From Fibrobacterota bacterium (GTDB lineage: Bacteria; Fibrobacterota; Fibrobacteria; UBA11236), in NCBI GenBank assembly GCA_043753995.1, contig JAYUVP010000091.1, positions 1 to 22,724 of the forward strand: DNA of 22,724 nt, written 5' to 3'. A program made the translations under genes and the position numbers. The notes below the pieces were generated by a model. It made no database searches. It was given only the letters and a program-made list of their open reading frames with translations, and was not told the origin of the DNA. This document shows positions 15,001-22,687 of this stretch, piece by piece; position 1 is the first letter of the stretch, and every line of letters starts with the position of its first letter.

Positions 15001-16813
15001 CATTGCCCTGGAGGCCGTGGATTTGCCTTCATATGTCGTTGGTTTTCAATTGCAAAGTTCGATTTTACAAATCAAGGGAATCTCGGGCGACAGCACGGTT
15101 ACTGTTCAGCCCACCAATGCGGCCCTCTCGAATGCGACGCTTTGGTTTCTCGCCGATGGCTTTCGCAAGCCAACCCGCATTGCTGGCGGCAGTCCTTTTT
15201 CCCCCGCTTCTGACGGAAAATATTTCTTTGGTAAAGACACCTTGCCTCCCGTGATACGCTTATCGGGCGAGACGATCAACGCCGATGGCTCAACGGCGGC
15301 GACTTTCACTCTCGATGACAATGCCGCGACTTTGGGCTATCAAGTCTATCGCAGCGATCTCATCGATAGCGTGGTGAAAGTGAAAGATACCGCCAATGCA
15401 ATCGTGATCAAGCTCAGTTTGAAAAACCCTCCAGGAGCCATCAAAATCCTCGGCGTGCGAGTTTGTGCCCAAGGACCTAGTCTATTGGATTCAACATGCT
15501 TGCCCAAATGCAAAACGGGGTGGTTTCCTGTGCGGCAACGCACCCAGGGTTTCACTACCGGACCCGTTTGGAAAGTGGGCTCGCATGTTACCGACAAATG
15601 GGATTTCGTGGGATTGCCCTTCCGTCTCGATACGAGCATTACGGTGGAGTCCTTGATTGGCGCCAATGACCGCTCCGACCTGACTTTGGCGCAATGGGAA
15701 CCATCAGGGAAAGACAGTCTGCGCTATTTGAACAAGCAAAATCACTTGGTGGAGGGCAAGGCCTATTGGGTTGCTTCTTCAAAAGCGCTCGAAAGCGTGA
15801 CCTTGGGTCAGGCCTCCTTATTGACTTCCGGGGATTCCGCCTTTCGTTTCACCCTCAAGGAGGGCTGGAATGCTATTGCCTCCAAGCTTTTAGATTCCTT
15901 GGCTTGGCCCATGAGCCGAAAAAAAGAATCGGATTATAAGAAATCAAAATTGAAGTCGCTTTGGGCTTATCATCCCGGGGACGAAGGCAATTGGGTGAAG
16001 ACCGAAGTTCTGGCTCCTTGGCGTGGCTATTTCGTTTATTGGAAGGGGCCCCTGGACACCGTCGTCGATCTCGACCGAGCGACACCCTCGATGGCCGGTA
16101 TGGCAGCCAAGGCCGCAGCAGTGGACAAAGAGGACTGGGTCTTGGGTATGTCCCAGGATCGCTCTGAAGTCGAGCTAGGAGCGTTTGACGGCGCTTCCGA
16201 GGCATTTGGCATTGAGGATGAACCCGCCTTGCTTTCCCGCAGCAAAAAGGCGACGCAATTAGCGGCGTTGAGAAAAAACCTTGCTTTAAGCTCCGATTTT
16301 CAGGGCCTTGCCCACCAAGGCCTGTTGCGTTGGACCGTGGGTTGGCGAAGCGGATCGAAGTCCGATTTGAAATTGGTTAGACGGCAATTGCCTTCCGGCT
16401 ATGGTGTGGCGGCCTTTTCCCCCAAACGCGGCCTCGCTTTTGATTTGGATGCCAATCCCGTCCTGGCGGCGACACCTCTGGGGTTTGAAGACACTCTGCA
16501 AATCATTGTCGGCAAGGTGGAGGAAGTCCAGGCTGCTTTGGCGCAATGGCCTCAGCAGGTGCAAATTGAAAGTGCCAGATTGCAGGGCCGTCATCTCAGC
16601 CTGCGCCTCCTGGGTAACCGATATGTGACCCTGGAGGCGCTGGATGCCCAGGGTCGACTTTTGGGAAGGGAACAAGCCTGGTGGCCCGCGGGCCAATATC
16701 AATGGTCTTTGTCGCAATTAACACAAGGTCGCCGGGGCTTGGTTTGGCTGCGACTTCGTTTGGAAGGCGAGGGTAAACGCGTACAGAAGGCGTTTTTATT
16801 GCCTCTTCCTTGA
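12020..16813 (+). CDS. Large secreted or surface multidomain protein (Ig-like domain, about five chitobiase/beta-hexosaminidase-C (Fn3-associated)-like repeats, possible C-terminal sorting domain)
   Basis: 1597 aa with GAGG RBS and hydrophobic N-terminal signal. Contains a WVG...NWSSSTNWNPVGVP..TDVVLF motif, an Ig motif (LTWYVN...IVCKVTNSTGT), repeats such as PIATPRG...FFTLDGSKPT...Y..P and LYYTLDGQDPT, LKEGWNAI, and a C-terminal LDAQGRLL...AGQYQW...GLVWLRL. Confidence 0.75.
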   Translation: MVRFGLVGGSLALLFLGWQCPEADLVDFEPPAYAVGRVLQGMDGWTRAVTNNGDSSQFKVESNTTSAYLHVQPKDTYAVSRIFRPAARAIELKWRWRFDSIQTNQFCLGIGTEADTMVMRVKICVYPNQSLQYQTASGSMLGIPHSMTSATWHYMRLVVDGNLGSWSLFASTTVGREKEQALLGPIAFLSVGPLPTAQNIPVLSRLFLRQEGDNTRKNVDLDDFDWARADYKRWVGLALDSNWSSSTNWNPVGVPESTDVVLFPAGVTRGMMLDRHVSVQGIVVQNAYAGTLNFDNFILNLTGNGDFAGGKYRYQAGILRLSSPSTQILIGPVANAADVAAGLPPVRHDGAGTVQLAVRPLTVRGWEQTHGNLDFNGQDLIVNGDLKVNGSLGITKATPYGLMRLDGRNIKVSGNASFEGRENNLIGLLATTTPFSLAVTGNLTAKYASIGQCKATVSRGIATYSDSLKGAENWTFKRAPTVKIVPDTLGVYPGQTATFNSEITHLGDGTLTWYVNDAAQSLANKTIHLIGVTLADHSKRIVCKVTNSTGTATSNTARLSVSFPAPVPSTHDREFSGTLQVGFNALVENPLLFVSQNDSPFERITGTVTLTKETELRVYAVLGSDTSAMGLYRFTSTDIPKLARPIATPRGREFPDSITVALKSPDSAEMFFTLDGSKPTEALKPYAQPLILRQTAELTVIATRKSYRSSDTLRELYLDTLESVQPLLEKPIAQPAAGAVADGTSVRFSSGQASIWWRKVGGVWTWQMDSALVIHQNDSVEAVAVQGTKRSAIAKFTYLLESGPRVSPTPGKFHDSIQVELTTRDGSKIYADTNKVPTQNGTLPYSQPYRFFNTTVLHAFSVSTSGKVSDMQTWVYQLEPQIPVATPGGNALQATGKVTLSTPTRLASLYYTLDGQDPTPGNWIPYFGPIAITKSLTLKAVAVTGRDDNEINSAVMTEQYRLTEDPKQTEILPGQQGGLAGEFRVVVDAKAKGPIALEAVDLPSYVVGFQLQSSILQIKGISGDSTVTVQPTNAALSNATLWFLADGFRKPTRIAGGSPFSPASDGKYFFGKDTLPPVIRLSGETINADGSTAATFTLDDNAATLGYQVYRSDLIDSVVKVKDTANAIVIKLSLKNPPGAIKILGVRVCAQGPSLLDSTCLPKCKTGWFPVRQRTQGFTTGPVWKVGSHVTDKWDFVGLPFRLDTSITVESLIGANDRSDLTLAQWEPSGKDSLRYLNKQNHLVEGKAYWVASSKALESVTLGQASLLTSGDSAFRFTLKEGWNAIASKLLDSLAWPMSRKKESDYKKSKLKSLWAYHPGDEGNWVKTEVLAPWRGYFVYWKGPLDTVVDLDRATPSMAGMAAKAAAVDKEDWVLGMSQDRSEVELGAFDGASEAFGIEDEPALLSRSKKATQLAALRKNLALSSDFQGLAHQGLLRWTVGWRSGSKSDLKLVRRQLPSGYGVAAFSPKRGLAFDLDANPVLAATPLGFEDTLQIIVGKVEEVQAALAQWPQQVQIESARLQGRHLSLRLLGNRYVTLEALDAQGRLLGREQAWWPAGQYQWSLSQLTQGRRGLVWLRLRLEGEGKRVQKAFLLPLP

Positions 16814-16867
16814 CCTAGTGGTTTGGGCTTTTAACGCATTCTTCCCGCTAATCTCGGTTTTCTTCAG

Positions 16868-16910
16868 GGGTTTCACCGGGGTTACGGTTTTTGTAACACG
16901 GCTGAAACCC
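16868..16910. promoter_or_regulatory. Two oppositely oriented Pho-box-like pairs forming an inverted repeat upstream of phoB
   Basis: Plus strand TGTAACA-cggc-TGAAACC (16892-16909) and minus strand CGTAACC-ccgg-TGAAACC (16869-16886). Both have 11-bp period and the same heptamer consensus as 6427-6455. Confidence 0.65.
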
Positions 16911-16990
16911 TTTGCCACTTGGTGCTGCACCCGCCTACCCTTAGATTTAAGCCTTAAGCCAAAGACGTGCTGAAAGGTCGAGGTTGAGAC

Positions 16991-17728
16991 GTGGCTGAAG
17001 CCCAAATTCTTGTAACCGAAGATGATGCTGACATTTTAGAGCTCATTGCCTATAGCCTGGAAGCCGAGGGGTTCCGCGTTTATACCGCGCGAACCGCTGG
17101 CGACGCGCTCTCCATTCTCGCGGACGAAATCGTCGACTTGGCTATTCTTGACGTGATGCTTCCCGACATGTCGGGCACCGATTTGTGCCGCCGCATGAAG
17201 CAAAAAGAACGCCTCGAAAATATTCCTGTGCTTTTCGTGACGGCCAAAACCGAGGAAACCGATAAGTTGATCGGCTTCAAGGTCGGTGCCGATGATTATC
17301 TCACCAAGCCCTTTTCGCCGCGCGAATTGGTGGCGCGCGCTAGAGCCCTTATCAAACGCAGCAAAGGCTCCAAGGATACTTTCCGCTTTCGCGGGCTTTC
17401 GGTGCATTTCGAACGCCATGTGGTGGAAATAGAAAGCCAGCGGCTGGCGTTGACGCCGCGAGAATTCATGGTGCTCAAGGTGCTCATCGAAGGCCAGCGT
17501 AAAACCATAGCCCGAGCCACCTTGCTGGAGAGGGCCTGGGGCATGGAAGCCAAGGCAGGCCTCCGTAGCGTCGATGTGACGGTTACGCGCTTGCGTGACA
17601 AGATCCGGCCCTATAATGCCTGCATTCGCACCGTGACCGGTTTCGGCTATCAATGGGATCCCGAAGGCATGGACGAATTACGTTCTGGCCAAGGCGCCGA
17701 TGTAAGCGAAGAAATCAAGCAAACCTAA
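16991..17728 (+). CDS. phoB: OmpR/PhoB-family response regulator, likely PhoB (PhoP)
   Basis: GTG start with GAGG RBS. Receiver ILVTEDD...LAILDVMLP...FVTAK...GADDYLTKPF; winged helix LTPREF...RSVDVTVTRLRDKI...IRTVTGFGY. Adjacent to a PhoR-like kinase and in pst context. Confidence 0.8.
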   Translation: MAEAQILVTEDDADILELIAYSLEAEGFRVYTARTAGDALSILADEIVDLAILDVMLPDMSGTDLCRRMKQKERLENIPVLFVTAKTEETDKLIGFKVGADDYLTKPFSPRELVARARALIKRSKGSKDTFRFRGLSVHFERHVVEIESQRLALTPREFMVLKVLIEGQRKTIARATLLERAWGMEAKAGLRSVDVTVTRLRDKIRPYNACIRTVTGFGYQWDPEGMDELRSGQGADVSEEIKQT

Positions 17729-17762
17729 TTTGCGCGGGGCCTCGCCCCATTATCTTTGGCCG

Positions 17763-19541
17763 ATGCAAGAATCGCCTTCGCTACGCGCCAGATTGCAATG
17801 GCTGCTGCTGCTTTTCGTCGCGGCCTTTATAGGCCTGGCTTTTTATCAATATTTCTCGGCACGATCCCTGTTTTTTTCCCTGCTGGAAAAAGACCTCCGC
17901 GGCGATGCCGCCTTGATTTCCGAAGTGATGATACGCGATCCTGTCCTTCTATCCTCATCGCCCAAGGTCGATTCGGTATGCAAGGCATTGTCGCGTCATA
18001 AAGGCTTTCGCATAACCGTGGCGGATAGCAATGGCCGGGTGATCGGCGATTCCCATGTCGGCTTTGACAGTCTAGGCATGGTGGACAACCATCGTCATCG
18101 CCCCGAATTCGTGGCGGCGGCGAAAACGGAATGGGGCAGTGATCATCGCGCCTCCGCCACCGTACGCATGGAAATGGTCTATGTCGCCCATCGCCTACCA
18201 GACGGTCATTACTTGCGCGTGGCCGCCGGCCCGCCTGCCTTGATTGGCTTCCGCAAAATCGCCTTCAGTGCGGTGGGTTTTTATTTGCTGCTCTTTGTGG
18301 CCGTGGCCTTGTTCGTGGCGGTTTGGGTGGATCGCCATATCAGCTCACCGCTTTTGCGTCTTCAAGCGGGACGGCCTGATATCACAAAGCCATTGCGCTG
18401 GGACGCATCCTTTCGCGAGGCTGAAGTCCTCAATCATGTTTTCGAAAACTATGTGGGTGAAATCCGACGCTTGCATGCGAATCTCGGGCATGAGCATGAT
18501 CGACTTATCGAAGTGCTCAACCTTCTCGAAGAAGGCGTGGTGCTTTTAGGCCCACAGGGTGAAGTGCGCACCTTGAACGCTTCAGCCATGCGGCTTCTAC
18601 CCAGGGTGAACTCGCCGGCTTCGTCCCTTCCCGGGGACTGGGTAGGACGTCCTTTTTCGGAAATATCGCCGTTGCCAGAATTGGCTGCCTTCACCGGATC
18701 GGTAGCGCGGGGAGAACGCCCGCCGGTTTTACTCATCGACAAAAGCGAAACCTGTCCCCGAGATTTGCTTTGCCATTTGCGATCTTTGTCGGGAAAAGGA
18801 GGCGAACTTTTATTGACCCTGGTCGACATATCCGAATTCCGTCAGCTCGACCGGGTGAAAAGCGAATTCGTAGCCAATGCCAGCCACGAGTTGAAGACGC
18901 CGCTGGCCAGCATTCGAGGCTATGCCGAAGCTTTGATAGACGGAGCTCTACAAAAGGAAAAAGCGCGTGAGCCCTTCGTCCGGAAAATCCTGCACAATGC
19001 CCTGCGGCTCGAAAGCCTGATCGGAGACTTGCTTTCGCTCTCACGCTTGGAGGCGGACAAAGGCCCGCGCAATCCCGAACCCTTGCCATTGCGTAGCTAT
19101 TTGAATCAAGCGGCCGTCATTCATCGTACTGGCCTCGACAGCGCGGGCATTCGTTTTGAAAATCACGTGCCGGAAGACATTACCCTTATTGCTGAGCCTC
19201 GTGACTTGGAGCTCATCGTCAATAACCTTGTCGGCAATGCCATCAAGTACAATAAACCCGGCGGTAAGGTGAAAGTCTCCTGGGAAAGTCTTGGGAGCAG
19301 CGGCCGCCTCAGCATAAAAGACACTGGGGTGGGCATACCCGCTGAAATGCTCCCGCGCATTTTCGAGCGTTTTTACCGTGCCGATGCCTCGCGCGCCCGC
19401 CAAGAGGGAACAGGGTTAGGCTTGGCCATCGTGAAACATGCCGCCCAGCGATATCACTTCACTGTGCGCGCCGAAAGCATTCTGGGCGAAGGAAGCCGCT
19501 TCGTGGTCGATATTCCTGGAACCGCTTTGGGAGTGGCTTAA
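17763..19541 (+). CDS. phoR: Sensor histidine kinase, PhoR-like
   Basis: Two TM helices flank a periplasmic domain with DNHRHRPEF (PhoR-type sCache-like). Also PAS (LEEGVVLL...LNASA), H-box EFVANASHELKTPL, N-box NLVGNAIKYN, DTGVGIP, RIFERFYRAD and GTGLGLAIVKH. ATG 17763 preferred over TTG 17730. Confidence 0.85.
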   Translation: MQESPSLRARLQWLLLLFVAAFIGLAFYQYFSARSLFFSLLEKDLRGDAALISEVMIRDPVLLSSSPKVDSVCKALSRHKGFRITVADSNGRVIGDSHVGFDSLGMVDNHRHRPEFVAAAKTEWGSDHRASATVRMEMVYVAHRLPDGHYLRVAAGPPALIGFRKIAFSAVGFYLLLFVAVALFVAVWVDRHISSPLLRLQAGRPDITKPLRWDASFREAEVLNHVFENYVGEIRRLHANLGHEHDRLIEVLNLLEEGVVLLGPQGEVRTLNASAMRLLPRVNSPASSLPGDWVGRPFSEISPLPELAAFTGSVARGERPPVLLIDKSETCPRDLLCHLRSLSGKGGELLLTLVDISEFRQLDRVKSEFVANASHELKTPLASIRGYAEALIDGALQKEKAREPFVRKILHNALRLESLIGDLLSLSRLEADKGPRNPEPLPLRSYLNQAAVIHRTGLDSAGIRFENHVPEDITLIAEPRDLELIVNNLVGNAIKYNKPGGKVKVSWESLGSSGRLSIKDTGVGIPAEMLPRIFERFYRADASRARQEGTGLGLAIVKHAAQRYHFTVRAESILGEGSRFVVDIPGTALGVA

Positions 19542-19544
19542 AGC

Positions 19545-20030
19545 ATGTCCGCAATCTCGGGCATTATTCAGCAATTGCAAGTCGCCCGTACCTTTTCCCG
19601 TATGGCCCTGAAAGGTCTTGAGGCCGACCTTTGGAAGGTCACGCCGGCACATCCGGCCACCAATGTGAATTGGCAATTAGGCCATATCGTGCTTGCTAAT
19701 TATCACTTCGGCATTGAACTCATCGTGGGTAGGCGCGCCGATTTGATCGATGTATCGTCTTACACGCAATGGTATCATCGTGGCACCTTGCCCGGCGATG
19801 GGTTAGAGGAGAGGCCGGGAAAATCCGATTTGATCGCGGCGGCCTCGCGTGTGGACGCGGCCATCGACGAAATCTTATCGAGCTTGGACGAAGGCGGATT
19901 GTCCGACGCTGTGTCAACCTTCAATCCTATGATCACTACCAAGCACGCCTCCTTGCTCTTCTGTGGTGCGCACCAGATGTATCACAATGGTCAACTTGGA
20001 CTACTACGCAAAGCCTTACTCGGAAATTAG
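19545..20030 (+). CDS. DinB family protein (DinB/YfiT-like four-helix metalloenzyme)
   Basis: 161 aa with NVNWQLGHI and HQMYHNGQL, the conserved His triad of the DinB superfamily. Confidence 0.85.
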   Translation: MSAISGIIQQLQVARTFSRMALKGLEADLWKVTPAHPATNVNWQLGHIVLANYHFGIELIVGRRADLIDVSSYTQWYHRGTLPGDGLEERPGKSDLIAAASRVDAAIDEILSSLDEGGLSDAVSTFNPMITTKHASLLFCGAHQMYHNGQLGLLRKALLGN

Positions 20031-20064
20031 TGATCACCAAAAATATTTAGGGGAAAATGGCATC

Positions 20065-20080
20065 TCCCCCAAATGGGGGA
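20065..20080. promoter_or_regulatory. Palindrome TCCCCCA-AA-TGGGGGA: candidate enhancer-binding site or terminator stem
   Basis: Perfect 7-bp arms, 34 nt after the DinB stop and about 235 bp upstream of the sigma-54 promoter; no U-tract follows. Confidence 0.4.
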
Positions 20081-20314
20081 TAGGGTACTTGTGAATTTGA
20101 CTATCCGATAACTCTGCCAATGGTTCATCATTGCGTAGCATATAGGTTACGTATGTCTTATTGACTTTCACTTTCACGCAATCCATGACGCTTTTGTTTC
20201 CCTGTTAATAGTTGGCATTCAAAATTCTGCCAATTCATACTTGTTTATAAAAATTAGACCTAGTCATTCGCGCAATTCGTCGAGACAATCGATTTTTGCA
20301 GAGGGAATGCGTCA

Positions 20315-20330
20315 TGGCACGGTCATTGCA
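20315..20330 (+). promoter_or_regulatory. Sigma-54 (RpoN) -24/-12 promoter of the urt operon
   Basis: TGGCAC-GGTCA-TTGCA matches the consensus TGGCAC-N5-TTGCW, 79 bp upstream of urtA, a nitrogen-scavenging gene. Confidence 0.88.
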
Positions 20331-20409
20331 ATCAATCCATTCGACATCACAATCCCGCAATAGCTAACGCGTCGCGTAGCTGCGGGGTGACAAAAACCCG
20401 GAGGAAACA

Positions 20410-21672
20410 ATGACAATGCGTATGAAGGGCCATCCCAATGGCCTTGAAATGGGTATGGGCAGAATTTTTCGCAAACTGATTCCAGCTGCTTTAGCCGTCG
20501 GCGCCATGGCCGTAAATGCAGCGGAAACTCTTCCCACCGCCAAGGTGATGACGACGGGATTGGCTGTTACTGACAATGAAGTCACGGTGGGCATACTTCA
20601 TTCCCTTACCGGAACCATGGCCATCAGCGAAACCGGATCGGTGGAAGCGGAAAAATTGGCCATTGCCCAGATCAATGAAATGGGCGGGGTTTTAGGTCGC
20701 AAAATCAAGTTCATTGTGGAAGACGGCGCCAGCGATTGGCCAACATTCGCAGAAAAAGCGCGCAAGCTTCTAGTACAAGATAAGGTGGCCGCCGTCATGG
20801 GCTGCTGGACTTCCGCCTCGCGCAAGGCGGTGCTTCCCGTTTTTGAAAAAGAAAATGGCATGCTTTATTATCCGACCTTCTATGAAGGCTTGGAGCAATC
20901 GAAGAATGTCATCTATACCGGACAAGAGGCGACTCAACAAATTATCGCCGGACTTGATTGGATCGCCAAAGAGAAAAAGGCCAAGTCCTTTTACCTGGTG
21001 GGCTCCGATTATATCTGGCCTCGCACTTCGATGAAAATAGCCCGTAAGCACATTGAGAATGTGCTCAAAGGTACCGTGGTCGCGGAAGAATTCGCACCCT
21101 TAGGTCATACCCAATTCGGCTCCTTGATCAATAAAATCAAATTGAAAAAACCAGACGTGGTATTCGCTGCCGTAGTCGGGGGCAGCAATGTTTCTTGGTT
21201 CAAGCAGCTCAAGGCAGCGGGTTTGACCGCCGAAAAGCAGAATCTCCTCACCATTTCGGTGACTGAGGATGAGGTGCTCGGCATTGGCGGCGAAAATCTA
21301 GTGGGCTTTTATTCTTCGATGAAATATTTCGAGAGCCTAGATAATCCCAACAACAAAGCTTTCGTCGCCGCTTTTAAGAAAATGTGGGGCCCGAATAGCG
21401 TCATCGGAGACGTGACCCAGGCCGCCTATCTTGGCCCATGGTTATGGAAGGCCGGCGTAGAAAAGGCAGGAAGTTTCGATGTCGATAAAATCGCCAAGGC
21501 CTCGCCCGGTATCGAATTGAAAACCGCTCCCGAGGGTTATGTCAAGGTTCACGAGAATCACCATCTGTGGAGCAAGTTACGCATAGGTCTATGGATGGCC
21601 AATGGCCAGGCCAAGGTGGTTTATGAGAGTGACCTTATTCAGCCCGACCCATTCCCCAAGGGCTATCAATAA
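20410..21672 (+). CDS. urtA: Urea ABC transporter substrate-binding protein UrtA
   Basis: VGILHSLTGTMAISE, EDGASDWPTFAEKA, GCWTSASRKAVLPVFE, YPTFYEGLE, GSDYIWPR, NHHLW, PDPFPKGY. GGAGG RBS before ATG 20410; downstream ATGs are also possible starts. Confidence 0.95.
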   Translation: MTMRMKGHPNGLEMGMGRIFRKLIPAALAVGAMAVNAAETLPTAKVMTTGLAVTDNEVTVGILHSLTGTMAISETGSVEAEKLAIAQINEMGGVLGRKIKFIVEDGASDWPTFAEKARKLLVQDKVAAVMGCWTSASRKAVLPVFEKENGMLYYPTFYEGLEQSKNVIYTGQEATQQIIAGLDWIAKEKKAKSFYLVGSDYIWPRTSMKIARKHIENVLKGTVVAEEFAPLGHTQFGSLINKIKLKKPDVVFAAVVGGSNVSWFKQLKAAGLTAEKQNLLTISVTEDEVLGIGGENLVGFYSSMKYFESLDNPNNKAFVAAFKKMWGPNSVIGDVTQAAYLGPWLWKAGVEKAGSFDVDKIAKASPGIELKTAPEGYVKVHENHHLWSKLRIGLWMANGQAKVVYESDLIQPDPFPKGYQ

Positions 21673-21740
21673 TCTTTGACCTCGGCCATCCGACCTAAAA
21701 AAACAAAATATAACTGAGACAAAAGGTATAGGAGAAAGAC

Positions 21741-22664
21741 ATGGGCGGCTATTCGCTGACTGAACTTGGATCTATTTTCGTGATGCAGGGATTTAGCGGC
21801 TTGAGCTTGTTCTGCGTCTTTCTCCTCATGGCCCTGGGTTTGGCCATCATTTTCGGCCAAATGGGCGTTATCAATATGGCTCATGGCGAATTCCTGACCA
21901 TGGGAGCGTACTCTACTTATTTCATGTCGAGTTTAGCCGTGGATAAATTCCCCGGCTTCCTAAACTATTACTTTCCCTTCGCCATCCTTCTCGGCTTCTT
22001 CGTGGCTTTCGGCATCGGCTATTTGCTGGAAGTTTTGATGATACGTCACTTGTATTCAAGACCGTTGGATACCCTGTTGGCCACATGGGGCGTCAGTCTC
22101 ATCTTACAGCAAATCTTTCGTTCCAGCTTCGGCGCACGCGAAGTCAGTGCCACCTTACCTCCATGGTTACTCGGATCGGTCAAGCCCAGCGAGAGCATAG
22201 ACATTCCCTTGAACGGGCTATTTATGATGGGGCTTACCCTTTGTCTGACCTGCCTGACCTTTCTGTATCTCTTCCGCTCCCGTTGGGGCTTGCGGGTGCG
22301 CGCCACCACCTTAAATCGCGTCATGAGTGGCAGCGTCGGCATTAATACGAAAAAAGTGGATCGCATGACTTTCGCCTTGGGCTGCGGCATCGCCGGTGTC
22401 GCCGGCGCCGTATTCACCACCATCGCCTCCACCGGTCCCACCACGGGCTCGCTATATATCGTGGACACCTTTCTCGTCGTCGTCTTCGGAGGCGCGGCCA
22501 GTCTACTCGGCACCATTGCCTCGGCATTCTCCATCGCTCAGGCGCAGTCCATCATGGAATTCTTCATGACCAGTTCCATGGCCAAGGTCTTCACCTTGCT
22601 CGCGGTCATCGGCGTACTAATGGCGCGCCCTGAAGGTCTCTTCTCCACCCGTGTACGCAAGTAA
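21741..22664 (+). CDS. urtB: Urea ABC transporter permease UrtB
   Basis: LMALGLAIIFGQMGVINMAHGEF, LYSRPLDTLLATWGVSLILQQ, YIVDTFLVVVFGG, RPEGLF. AGGAG RBS; follows urtA. Confidence 0.95.
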   Translation: MGGYSLTELGSIFVMQGFSGLSLFCVFLLMALGLAIIFGQMGVINMAHGEFLTMGAYSTYFMSSLAVDKFPGFLNYYFPFAILLGFFVAFGIGYLLEVLMIRHLYSRPLDTLLATWGVSLILQQIFRSSFGAREVSATLPPWLLGSVKPSESIDIPLNGLFMMGLTLCLTCLTFLYLFRSRWGLRVRATTLNRVMSGSVGINTKKVDRMTFALGCGIAGVAGAVFTTIASTGPTTGSLYIVDTFLVVVFGGAASLLGTIASAFSIAQAQSIMEFFMTSSMAKVFTLLAVIGVLMARPEGLFSTRVRK

Positions 22665-22687
22665 ACGCTCGCAGAAGGTTATCGAAA

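Noticed and set aside
20135..20150. NtcA-like site (GTA...TAC) upstream of urtA
   Set aside because: Spacing is N10, not the N8 NtcA requires, and the promoter is sigma-54 type.
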